A DNA stretch of 64,000 nt from Monocercomonoides exilis PA203 (taxonomy: Eukaryota; Protista; Preaxostyla): positions 1,612,001 through 1,676,000 of the forward strand of contig LSRY02000003.1 in the NCBI GenBank assembly GCA_001643675.2. Reading direction: 5' to 3'. The stretch's first letter is position 1, and each line of letters starts with the position of its first letter. A program made the translations under genes and the position numbers. Below the pieces are notes generated by a model, which worked only from the letters and a program-made list of their open reading frames with translations, was not told where the DNA came from and searched no databases. This document shows positions 22,810 through 34,878 of this stretch, one piece after another.

Positions 22810-25055
22810 ATTCACACAACTCACAACCCCATCGATGGAACCATTCTCCCAAATCTCAACAGTCCATTCACTTCTCTCTCTGCCTTCAACACCTCTTTTC
22901 TCCACCAAACACGTTCTTCATCAAATGATCCTGTAAAGCATATTGGAACAGAATCTCAAAGAAAATCACCTGGGAGGTTGACTTCATTCGATCAAAACAG
23001 TCATCGCTTTGAATGGTGCGAATGGAAAGATTCAAATGGTGGTGGTGATCATGGAGGTGCACTTAAAGTTGTTTGCACAAATGCAAATCTCACAATCACT
23101 TCTTGCTCATTTCACAAATGTACAACCACAGGAAGTGGAGAAGGCGGAGCATTATTTTGTAACAGTTTGTTAAAAATTGATATCACAAAATCCAATATTA
23201 CAAATTGTTCAGCTGCTCATGGAGGAGCAGTATCAATATGGAGCCCTCAACCAAATTCTGCTTGGGCATTCTCAGAAAACAGAGCGGAAAGTTGTTCAAT
23301 AACAAATTGGTGTGGAACTGGTTGGTATTTTAACATGGGAAGTACACCAACAAGTGCTCAATTCCTGTTTTCCAAATGCAAGTGCATCTCAAATTCTGGT
23401 GGTGATGCTGCTGGTTCTTTAACATTCAATGCTCCTCCAGGAACCAAACCAAATCAATTTTTGGTTAATGATTGCCAATTCATAAACAACAAATTGACAA
23501 GTTCATCAACTTCCTATGGTGGCGCTGCGCTGTGTTGCACAGCAACTTATTCCTGGATGAGCGGGTTTAAATTCATCACATTCTGCTTCTTCGATGGAAA
23601 CACTGCCACAAATGGCAGAGGAAATGATGTGTTCTTTTACGGAAGTGATATCACCCAATCTCCGTTTGAGAATTGTGGATCAACAACTTCAACAAAAAGA
23701 GTCTGGAATCAAGGAACAGCTGATAATACCGTGTTCAATGGCTGGCTCCCCCTCATTGCTCAGAACAAAATCGTTGCCAGCAATGGAACTGATGTCGACG
23801 TCTGTGGTAGACCCCAACAGACCCCATGTGCCACCATCGAGTATGCCCTCACTGGCTTCGTTTCCTCCTCCACGACGCCTCCCTCACCCTCCTCAGTTCA
23901 ACATTTGTTCCAACTCAAACACTCACCTTCAGCGCGGTTGATACCATAATCACTGGAAATGGCACAACTGCCACCATCATCGCCTCCAGTGGCATTCCCC
24001 AACCACAAAACTCACATTCACACTCATCACAATCAACATCATCTCTTTCATCATTTTCATCATTTTCATCATCATCAACATCTTCTTCACCAGATCCATC
24101 TGCCTCGTCTGCCCTCTTCCAACAGACACAGGGCTCCCTCACAGTCTCTGCCCTTGCCATCGCCCACAACTCCTCAAACCAAATCACCCCCATCCTCTTC
24201 CACCTCTCCGGTAACTCCCCTTCCCTCAACCTCAACACAACCACCATCACCGGAACAACCTCCATAACAATAAAAACACCCCTCTTCTTCCTCACTGCTG
24301 GCTCCATCGCCCTCAACCACACAGCAATCACCAGTCTCACCCTCAACAGCCAGAGCATCTTCCACCTCACCTCACTCACAAATCCCCTCACCCTCAACTC
24401 CTCCAACATCACCCACATCACCTCCACAGCCACCCCCACCAGCTGTGTCCTCTCCTCTGCCACCTCCCCTGCCCTCTCCCTCTCCCTCGCCAACTGCACC
24501 ATCACCAGTATCAACTCAGAACAGTTGAGCCAACAAACTGCCACCAATGGCGGGTGCATCTCATTCGCCTCATCTTCCACTGCCAACACATTTTCTGCGA
24601 GGAACTCCACCTTCTCCAGCTGCTCTGTGAGCGAGGATACAAGTTCTGGAGGAAAAGGCGGTGCTCTCATGATCGAGTACAAGGATGATTCAGAAGTGTC
24701 ATCCACAACCTTTTCCATCACCAATATCGTGTTTTCTGCCAACAAGGCCAGCGTCGGAAGAGATATGTATTTTGTGTGCGAATCCCTTGTCGCTTCTGTA
24801 AAGGAACCCTTGTTCACTTTCATGACAAGCATCACTCAGAAAGACAATTCGGCTGTTGGACATGACAGAACAGAAGCATTTGGCGATTGGAATATCGATT
24901 TGTTTATATTTCTCAACGGGCATTCAGCTTATGACGAACATATGGAAAACATACTTGGCATCAAAGCAATGCGTTGTTGGCTATCAAAGATGCCCTGCAA
25001 GAGCACACGCAATGCAATGGGCTTTCTGAAGAAGGTGAAGAAAGTTGGTAAATAA
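22810..25055 (+). pseudogene. Copy E' (mirror of E), with a 1-nt deletion in a C run near 23864
   Basis: ORFs 22978-23949 and 23826-25055 together reproduce the 692-aa ORF of copy E. Confidence 0.75.
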
Positions 25056-25613
25056 TATTGAATGAGCAGACAAATTGTGAATTTATGTACAAATGAAGGC
25101 AAAGTCGAAGATATTTGAAGAGAAGGCACACAAAATAGAAGAAAACATCTCATATGTGCATTTGATGAAATCAACATTGCTTGTCGAGCATTTATTCTCT
25201 TCTTTCATAGAATTATCCATTAAATTTGCCTTTTCAAATAAATATGTTTCCCTCATCGTTTCATCTTCTCCGACATATTGAAGGCGTGTGACGTTGTGTA
25301 ACCTGCCGAACGCTATTTTTGAGCTCATTCATTTCATAAAAGAATTGCTCTAATACTCTTTCTTTTTTATCTGCGCCTCTTTCAGCTTCCAAATAAAAAA
25401 AGGCAAAATCGTCCTCCTTTTTTGATTTCGCTCCGACTGATCAGCTTTTTTCGACTCGAAATCACCTCTATTGCTATTTAAATTTGGCTACATTTTGTAA
25501 TAGAATGAATAATCCTTTTGTGCTTCCGAAAAGAAAATAAAAGACGAGGCTTATCCCTGAATTTGATGAAAGTTGAATGAAACGAATGCAAAAACATTTT
25601 TTGTTTCTAATCG

Positions 25614-25644
<31 letters not shown>

Positions 25645-26050
25645 CAATTTGAATGAAATGAATCGTCCAGATGGCTTTTTTCTCATCAGAATAATGAATG
25701 AAAAATGAAATGAAGGCGCATTTGGTGAACGGTCGTTGAGAGGAAGAAATATGAATGTAATAATTTTTGGATCACATGGCGGCTCTGCCAAATTGAATGA
25801 CATAAAGGCATTTGAAGGTCGATGCTCTGTTTCAATTCGAAATGAGATCAAGAAACAAAGAAGAAGGTGAAGAAGATGAAGAAGAAGGTGATAATGAATG
25901 AATTGTAAGAAATGATTAGCTGCTGAGAATTGTGAAGGCAAATGTTAACACACACACACAAAAAAAAAATCCGAGAGTCTCGCTGAAATCATTTTTTATG
26001 GTTTTCTTCTTTTATTTTTGCGTGTTCTTCCGGCAAACAATATCCTCCAA

Positions 26051-27116
26051 ATGTTTTTCGCATTCCACTCATCCATCTTCATCCATGCCCACAACCCCAT
26101 CGATGGTGCCATCCTCCCCAACCTCAACAGCCCTGCCACTTCTCTCTCTGCCTTCAATGCCTCTTTCCTCCACCAAACACGCTCTTCACCAAATGCTGCT
26201 GTTGTACATGTTGGAACTGAAACTCAAAGAGTGAAACTTGGAAGACTGACTTCATTCGATCAAAACAGTCATCGCTTCGAGTGGTGCATATGGGAGAATT
26301 CAAATGGTGGAACTGGCCATGGGGGTGCACTTTATGTTGAATGCACAAATGCAAATCTCACAATCACTTCTTGTTCATTCAACAATTGTTCAACTGGTGA
26401 TCATGGTGGAGCATTATTTTGCAGATATTTGCAAAATGTCAATTTCGCAAAATCCAATTTCACAAGTTGTACTGCGGCTCATGGAGGAGCTGCTTACGTT
26501 GGCTGGCCACAATCAAATTCTGTTTATTCATTCTCAGAAAACAGAGTGGAAAGTTGTTCAATCACAAACTGGTGCGGAACTGGTTGGTTTTTTGGACTCG
26601 ATTATAATCCAACAACTGTTCAATTTCAGTTTTTAAAATGCAAGTGCATCTCAAATTCGGGTGGTGATTCCACAGGTTCTTTAACATTTCAAAATCCTCC
26701 TTCTGCAAAAGCCAATTCTATTTTCAATCGTTGAGTGTCATTTCATCAATAACAATCTGACTGCTTCTAAATCTTATGGAGGTGCCGCAATTTATTTTCA
26801 TTCAACTTATTCTTGGATGAATGGAATGAAATTCATCACATTCTGTTTCTTCGATGGCAACTCCGCCACAAATGGCAGAGGGAATGACGCGTTCTTCAGT
26901 GGTAATGCCATCACCCAATCTCCATTCCAGCAATGTGGCTCAACGACCCCATCAAAAAGAGTGTGGAATCAAGGAACAGCTGATAATACCGAGTACAATG
27001 GCTGGCTTTCTCATCTTTTCTTAACTAATTCTTCTAACAAAAAGCTTTTCTCACTATCTTCTCTTTTCCAATTATTTTTTTCCCCGCTTCTCATATTCCT
27101 TCTTTTCTCTCGTTAA
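26051..27116 (+). pseudogene. Copy D' (mirror of D), with a 1-nt insertion in an A run near 26707-26710
   Basis: ORFs 26018-26734 and 26817-27116 match D. The sequence is GCAAAAGCC here versus GCAAAGCC in D. Confidence 0.75.
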
Positions 27117-27686
27117 TCATATTTTTAATTTCTTCTGAATTGCATCACCCTGACTTGCTTGTTGTTGTTTCTTTATACAAATTTATCCTCTGTTTATCCA
27201 AATGCTTTTCTTTGCGTTTATTGCTGTTTCCTTCTCTTCGCAAATTCAACTTCCATCCAGATTCTCCTCTTTCTTCCAAAAATCTCTTCCATCTTCTCAA
27301 TTCCATTTCCTTTCCGAATCCCCTCTCAATGCAGTCCCTTCAATTACTCTCAACTTCGGCTCTTCTTTCATACTTTTTCATCTAATTCTTATTTCTGAAT
27401 ATTTCATTTATAAATAAATTTCTTAGTTTCTTCATCATTTCTTTCGTGATCTCTGATGATGAAACAGATCATGAAGAAATTTATCTGATGAAGTGGATGA
27501 TGAAGAAGTTGGATGATATGTTTTTGATAAGTTTGAAGAACATGCAATGAATCGATGAAAATGTTCACGCTGGAAATGATGAAGGCAAATGATAACAAAT
27601 AAACCAGAGAGCTTCAGAGAAAACACTATTTTTCATTCCTCCTCTTTCATTTTTGCGTTCTTCTTCTTGCAAACAAAACACTCCAA

Positions 27687-28889
27687 ATGTTTTTCGCATT
27701 CATCTCAACCATTTTCATCCACACCCACAACCCCATCGATGGAACCATTCTCCCCAACCTCAACAGTCCATTCACTTTTCTCTCTGCCTTCAACACCTCT
27801 TTTCTCCACCAAACACGCTCTTCATCAAATGATGTTGTAAAATATAACGGATCCGAAACTCAAAAAAAGGAATTAAGTAGATTGCCATTTACTGATTTGA
27901 ATAGCTATATCTTTGAATGGTGCGAATGGAATGATTCAACTGGTGGATCTTCTGCAGGAGGTGCACTTTGTGTTTCTTGTACAAATGCAAATCTCACAAT
28001 CACTTCTTGCTCATTTAACAATTGCTACTGCACAGGAAATGGTGAAGGAGGCGCATTATACTGCATATATTTGTTAAAAGTCAATTTTTCAAAATCCAAC
28101 TTTTTGAACTGCCAGGCGAGACACGGAGGGGCTGTTTATGTGGGGTATCCTCAATCCAATTCTGTTTGGACATTCTCAGAAAACAGAGTTGAAAATTGTT
28201 CAATAACATACTGGTGTGGAACTGGCTGGTATTTTCATGTGTATGATATGGCCTCAGCTTGTCAATTCCTGTTTTCCAAATGCAAGTGCATCGCAAATTC
28301 TGGTGGTGATGCAGCTGGCTCTCTCACATTCAACTGGCCTCCACAAAATAAACCAACTCAGTTTTCAATCAATGAGTGCCAATTCATCAATAATAAATTG
28401 ACAAATTCATCATCTTTATGGGGAGGAGCTGGGCTTTGCTGCACAAATACTTTCACATGGATGAATGAAATTAGATTCATTTCTTTCTGTTTCTTCGATG
28501 GAAATACAGCAACAAATGGAAGAGGAAACGATGTGTTCTTCAGTGGAAGCAGTATCACTCAATCTCCATTCCAGCAATGCGGTTCAACAACCACAACAAA
28601 AAGAGTGTGGAATGCAGGAACTGCAGATAGCGGTGTGTACAATGACTGGCTTCCAATCATCAACCAGAACAAAATCGTTGCCAGCAATGGAAGTGATGTT
28701 GATGCCTGTGGCAAAGCACAGCAAAGCCCATGCGCCACAGTGGAGTATGCTCTCGGATGCATTGCTCCCTTCAGCGATGCCTCCCTCTCTCTTCTCATCT
28801 CCACTTTCGCTCCCACAAACACTCTCACATTCTGCGCGGTCGATACAAAATTCACTGTATGCGATATTATTTTTCTAATTCTCATATAA
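27687..28889 (+). CDS. Copy C' (400 aa): matches C except for an internal ~100-aa segment
   Basis: Intact ORF whose N- and C-terminal parts match C residue for residue. Confidence 0.7.
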   Translation: MFFAFISTIFIHTHNPIDGTILPNLNSPFTFLSAFNTSFLHQTRSSSNDVVKYNGSETQKKELSRLPFTDLNSYIFEWCEWNDSTGGSSAGGALCVSCTNANLTITSCSFNNCYCTGNGEGGALYCIYLLKVNFSKSNFLNCQARHGGAVYVGYPQSNSVWTFSENRVENCSITYWCGTGWYFHVYDMASACQFLFSKCKCIANSGGDAAGSLTFNWPPQNKPTQFSINECQFINNKLTNSSSLWGGAGLCCTNTFTWMNEIRFISFCFFDGNTATNGRGNDVFFSGSSITQSPFQQCGSTTTTKRVWNAGTADSGVYNDWLPIINQNKIVASNGSDVDACGKAQQSPCATVEYALGCIAPFSDASLSLLISTFAPTNTLTFCAVDTKFTVCDIIFLILI

Positions 28890-31789
28890 ATTTCTTCTAA
28901 TTCTGATGGCTTTTCATTTCACTTTGCATTCATGAATTTTCATCTTCTTTTCAACAAGAGAACGTATCATCACTTTTCTTTTGAGAAGTCTCACATCGGA
29001 TCGCGTAAAACATATTTCTTTGAAATTTCCTCTTCTAATTTTTCTTCTCCATCAAAAGAAATAAAACTCGTTGCTTAAATAAATGTTTTCTATTATTCTT
29101 CTCTTCAAAAAGATATCTTTCGATAATATCAGTAATCTCTTCAAAACTTTCAATTTCTTTTGCCATTTTCACTTCATCTTTTTTTCAGCTGAAGATACCC
29201 CTTCTTCATAGAATTATCCTTCGATTATTGATCTTCCTAAAACAACCGCTTTCTCTCTTTGTTTCATCTTCTGCGATATATTGAAGGAGCATGACGTTGT
29301 GAAATCTGCCGAAGGCCATTTTGGAACCTATCCATTTCATAAAAGGATTTCTCCAATTCTTTTTCTTTTTCATCTGTGTCTCCTTCATTCACTGAAAAAA
29401 GGGGAAAAGCATCCTCCTTTTTTTATTTCGCTTCGTCTTATCAGCTTTTCGTGTAAAATAAAGTATCTCTTCTATTATCATATAACTTCAGCTGATATTC
29501 TGTGATAAAATAGATATTTCTTTTTGCGTTACCAAATTGACATCGATGATGAGGCCAGGCGTTGAATTCGAGGGTTGTTTATTGAAACAAAAATAACATC
29601 ACAATTTTTATTGCTCGTTGAAAAAGACGTTGAAGAAGAAGAAACGAAACGAAACAAAACGAATTTGAATAAATGGCTTTTCATCACGAGAATCGTGATT
29701 GAAAAATTAAATGAGGTCGCAATTAAAAATCGACCATTGAGAAGGAAAGGAAATGAAGCAATTTCCGGTGAAATTTTCTTGTGCTTCCAATTGAACAGCT
29801 TAAATGTATCAGATGGTCGATGTTCCGATCCAATGCAAAGTTAGTGAAAATGGCATTGAAAAAGTTGGAGAAGGAGCTGAAGAAGAAGAAAATGGTGAAG
29901 ATGGAACAACTGGTGGGAAAGAATAAAATGTAGAAGAAGTTGAAGAATTTGAAGAAAAAGAAGAAGAAGAAATTATTGAAAGACGAATAATCAGTCAAAT
30001 AACATTTCTGAAGAAGATGATGAAAACGACTTGTTTGATGCTGTCAGTTGGTTAAATGTCACATTTGATAAGTTGACTTAGGAAGTGATAAAAAACCCCA
30101 ATCACATATAATATTGGCCAATTAGCATTAATTTGTCAATTAGATTGATATTCTCAGTTCATTTGCAAACTTTGTGTGGTTTCATTGCCTTTCTCTCCAA
30201 AAACAAAAAATTATGATGTTTGTCTGTTGGATCTGAAAAAATGCAAAAGACATCAAATGAAGATAATTGCAAAGAGGAAGAACAAGAAGAAGATGAAGAA
30301 GCAGCAGAAGAAAAAGAAGATAAAGAAAAAATTGGAGGAAGGGGAAGTATACCATGCAGAAGAAGACTGTTTTGTTTGCTTTGAGGTTGATGGTGATGAA
30401 TGAGTGATTTAGACAAAGACAAAGACGAAGATGAAGAAAAAGAAAAAGAAGGAGAAGGAGAAGGAGAAGGAGAAGAAGAAGAAGAAGGTGAAGAAGGTGA
30501 AGAAGAAGGTGAAGAACACGAATTAGAAGAAGGAGGGGAGAAATAGGTGTAATATAGCCCAAAGGCAGAGGAAGACTGGATTGTTTGAAAGGATGAATTG
30601 GATGAGGATGCAGAAAGCAGTGAAGAAGAACATGAAACAGAAGAAGAAGAAGAAGAAAGAAAGAAAGAAGAAAAGAAGGCATTGAAGATAATCTTGCTTC
30701 TTTTGATGTTGAAATTGGTGATAAATCAGACGAGGAAGAAGGAAGAAGGAAGAAGATGAAGATTTCGGAGAAATAGAACCCATCGGAGAAATGCAATCAC
30801 CCTTTCCGTTTCTGTTTTTCCCTTTCCTCCTTCACAGTCCAATCATCAATCATCAATCCAATTTTCTCCTTCTCCTTCCTCTTCTCTGAATATTCTTCTT
30901 CTCTCTGAATATTCTTCTTCTTCTTCTTTTCCTTCTTCATATTTCTATTGTTCTTCTGCTATTTCTCTGCTCCTTTTTCTTTCTCATCTCCATTTGATCC
31001 ATTTTCTTTTTCATTTCTCAACTCTCCCAAAAAACTATCATTGCTCATCAAACAGCAAACATTTGCGTGTGGCTGAGTCAAACGAAGATAATCATCCGAA
31101 TGGAGACATGAAACAGACTGTGATTGAAGATGACGATGCGAAGGAAGAAGATGATGTTGATGGAGGAGAAAATGACGATATTCATAATGGTGATGAAGAT
31201 GCTGAGGAAAATTAAAGCGAAGAAGATGAAGAGGAGGAAGAGGAAGAGGAAGAGGCAGTGCATTTGAAGAGTGTGGAGGCGGAGAAGGCATCTGCACATA
31301 TGAGCAACCAGAGCCTTCACAAGTGCTCCAAAAGGGGGATCTTCGACAGCATCTGCGTGTGGTAGACACTCTCAAACTGTGTGTGTAATCAGATAGAAAC
31401 AATTGCAATCACAATCACAACTACTCGAATTCGAGATCATATATGATATGTGAAGAAAAATATGAAGAAGAAGAAGAAGATGATGATGATGATAGAGGAA
31501 TTTGTTTGCATTCTTCCTGTTGCATCGAAACAGAAGCACTGTTGCTTGGATGCTCAAAATGAGGCTGACTCCCAACATTCAATGCATTTGAAGCAGATGA
31601 TGGTGAAGGATGATGCTCATTCATCATATTCCCACTTTTCAAACAATTCCGAATAAAATTGTTCCAACCAGAAGAAAATGCTTTGCTGCTCCTCTCTTTC
31701 TTTCCCCTCCTTCTTCTCTCTGTTCTCCCAAAGGTGGCAGAAGAGGCAGAGTTTCTTCACAAAATGACCCAGGCAACTTTTCAGTCTAA

Positions 31790-33225
31790 CCAAATGCGTC
31801 ACATAATTCATCCCCAGTCATATTCTTTAACTGCTCTTGATGAATACGAATCTTTGGCTTTTGAGGATACGGGAATGCTTTTCTGTGTGTGTCTTTCCTC
31901 AAGCCCTTATTATCTGTTTCTTCTTCTTCTTCCTCCTCCAAATCAATCAAATCACCTTCTTTGTCTTGTTTCTCATTCATCCCCAATCCATTCGCAGACA
32001 TTTCCACCTGTTCCACATCCTTTCCCACTTCCTCTGCACTTCCATCTGAAGCTAAACCCAAAGACCCGTCTGCTGCTTCTTCTTCTGCTGCTCTTGAAAT
32101 CTCCTGTTGGATGCCATCAGATGGAGAAGAACTGCACACTTCAGGTTTCATTGGATGCTGCTTGCTTGCACCCACCTCAGCATCAGCCTTCACAAATCTC
32201 AACCCACTCAGCCCAAGCGCCTCCACAACCAGCGGCGCCATCGCTTCTTCCAGCTTCCCCTGGTTCTCTTTGATTCTCTCCACAAACTCTCTGTGCGCTG
32301 TCGGATACCCACCTTTCACTTCATTCACATCACCTTCCTCTCTCCCTCCATCTTCTTCTCCCTTTTCTTCTCCCTTTTCTTCTCCCTCTTTGCCTCCCCT
32401 TTCTCCTTCCTCTCTTCTTCCCGCTCCTCCAGCACATCCAGCGCAATCTCCTCAGGCAACAGAACCACATTCTCCATCCTCAGCCCCGCCACATCCAACC
32501 CTTTCTCCACATTCTCCCCTTCTTCTCACACTGCAACCCCTCGCCCCATCATTTCATCACTTCCTCGTCCAGCTTCACCACCACACGCCTCGACTGTTGC
32601 GATCGCCATATCTTCAGCGATGTGTCAAACAGATCGTAGATCGACGGGAAAGCATTCACGTCTGGCGCTGCAAAGATCCGCTTGATCCCCGACTTCGTGC
32701 CCACAGACACTGCATGCGACGGAAGCGGAACCACCAGCGAAACCAAAAGCATCGCTGAAAGCGCCACATCGTACGCACACACAACACCCCCATATAGCAC
32801 CGCCCTCCGCGCCACAACAAATCATTTGAAGCGCCTGTTGCTCCCTCAGTTACGAATTCTTTTGATTTTCATACACCCCAGCCGCCTATCGATATCGTCC
32901 ATCGCTCCTGCCGAAGTGTATGATGTTGCCACCGCAGATGCATCCGAAGGGTCAATCGCAGGCGCTGATGATGGCTGCTCATTCTCTGAAGATTTCTTCT
33001 CTTCGCTTCTCCGCCTCCGGAATGGCGAAGTTGATCGGCGTGCTGCTCCTGTTGAAGAAGACAAAGGCGCTGAGCGAAGAGACGACTGCTGCGCTGCCCT
33101 GGAAACAAGAAGCTTTTTGAAATAGGCTTTCGTGTCGTACAACAGCTCCTCTTATGACACAATCACCACATCCACATTCGGATCAGAAAGATCAACCAGC
33201 TGTGAAAGATCACCATTCTCGATCG
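31790..33225 (-). pseudogene. IQCH (IQ motif-containing H)-like gene fragment with stops and frameshifts
   Basis: Minus-strand fragments occur in the order LVDLSDPNVDVVIVS*EELLYDTKAYFKKLL, IKRIRN, VGTKSGIKRIFAAPDVNAFPSIYDLF and YPTAHREFVERIKENQGKLEEA. They resemble, from memory, conserved IQCH blocks (LCDxxDxNVxVIY, STKSGSKRIFxxAxV). There is an in-frame TAA at 33152-33154. Confidence 0.6.
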
Positions 33226-33840
33226 ATGTGAAAAGATAAAACAAGCTTTCTTAAAAAGTTGTGTTGAAATGAGAAGATGAAAAAGTTATGCTAATTATGA
33301 ATGAATAATCGTTCTGGTCTTGCATCAATTAAATTAAATGAGGAATATGAGAAAAGATTAATTCAGAAATGGAAAATGCTGCAGTTGCTTTCATCTGCTC
33401 ATTCCGTTGGATTAAGGCAAAAATTCCACAGAAGCCATGAGGCATCAGACAGATTCCGCAAAATGTTTGATATGCCTTCCTCAAAAACTGAAGTCAATTT
33501 CGCTCTAACTCCAGACGATAAATATCTTCTCTGGCTTTGTGTGAGTTTTCTTGCCTGCCTTCATTTCCCTTTCTCACATAAAACACATTTTCATCTTCAT
33601 AACAAAAACTTCTTGCTCAAACAATAATCTTCGTTTCTTCTTCATTTTTCTCTTTATCTCTCACACTGATGCAGAATGCGAAGAAACACAATTTGATGAA
33701 GTAAATTTTGATGATGAAGCAGAAGAAATTGTATAATATGTTGTTGATATGTTTGATTAAGGAGAAGAAGAAGGGAATTTAATGAGACAATAAATTGCTA
33801 AATTGTGAGGGCAAATGATAATAAATAAAAACAGAACAAT

Positions 33841-34878
33841 TTGATTTTTCGATTATTTCTGGTTTTCTTCTTCTATTTTTGCGTTCTTCTTCTTGCAAAC
33901 AAAACACTCCAAATATTTTTCGCATTCATCTCAATCATCTTCCTCCACACCCACAACCCCATCGATGGTGCCATCCTCCCTTCCCTCAACAGCCCATCCA
34001 CTTCCCTCTCTGCCTTCAATGCCTCTTTTCTTCACCAAACTCGTTCTTCATCAAATGATCCTGTTGAATATATTGGATCTGAGTCTCAAAGAAAGGAATT
34101 AAAAAGATTGTCCTTCACTGCTTTGAATAGCTATCGCTTTGAGTGGTGCGAATGGAATGATTCAAGCAGTGGATCAAGTGACTGGGGTGGAGCACTGCAT
34201 GTTTCTTGCACGAATGCAAATCTCTCAATCAGCTCTTGTTCATTCAACAATTGTTCAACAGATGGATATTATGGTGGAGCGTTATACAGTTACTGTTTGC
34301 AAAATGAGAATATTGCAAAATCCAATTTTACAAACTGTTCTGCTCCTAATGGAGGAGCAATTGATATTGATGGTCGGCAATCATCTTCCGTTTATTCATT
34401 TTCTGATAACAGAGTGGAAAATTGTTCAATAACAGGCACTATTGGAACAGGATGGTATTTCTATATTGAAGATTTTTCTTCAAACGGTCAATTCTTGTTC
34501 ACCAAATGCAAGTGCATCTCAAATTCTGGTGGTGATTCTGCTGGTTCTCTCACATTCAATGCTCCTCCAAGCAACAAACCGAGTCAATTTTTGGTTTATG
34601 ATTGCCAGTTTATCAAAAATGAATTGACTGCCTCTACTAATTATGGGGGTGCTGCTCTATGTTGCACAAACACCTTCACTTGGATGAGTGGAAATAAATT
34701 CATCACATTCTGCTTCTTCGATGGAAACACAGCAACAAATGGCAGAGGAAACGATGTGTTTTTCAGTGGTAATGCCATAACTCAATCTCCATTTGTGAAT
34801 TGTGGCCCAACATCCCCAGCTGAAAGAGTGTATAATAATGGACAAACTGAAAACGCTGAAAAAAATGACCGATTCTAG
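33841..34878 (+). pseudogene. Copy B' (diverged mirror of B); open frame but only a TTG start
   Basis: 345-codon frame with a hydrophobic N-terminal stretch and all family motifs. The nearest upstream ATG (~33815) is out of frame. Confidence 0.7.

Larger units (their letters stand above)
21189..30972. repeat. Inner right arm of the palindrome
   Basis: It mirrors 11397-21164. The differences seen are mostly 1-nt homopolymer indels, rare substitutions (e.g. MKETY vs MRETY) and one ~305-bp replaced segment. Confidence 0.97.

Noticed and set aside
23860-27290. Programmed frameshifting or phase variation at the 1-nt indels in E', D' (and A near 3210)
   Set aside because: They fall in short homopolymers, and similar indels occur in non-coding parts of the arms. 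This is typical of long-read error in repeats that cannot be polished, so it cannot be interpreted without raw reads.
13771-28598. Diversity-generating retroelement (TR/VR pair) explaining the C versus C' differences
   Set aside because: The differences involve all four bases and an indel rather than adenines only, and no reverse transcriptase is visible in the window.
33152-33154. TAA read as Gln (alternative code known in some oxymonads)
   Set aside because: The 17-kb ORF has no internal TAA/TAG and ends in TAA, and the IQCH-like fragment has other lesions too.
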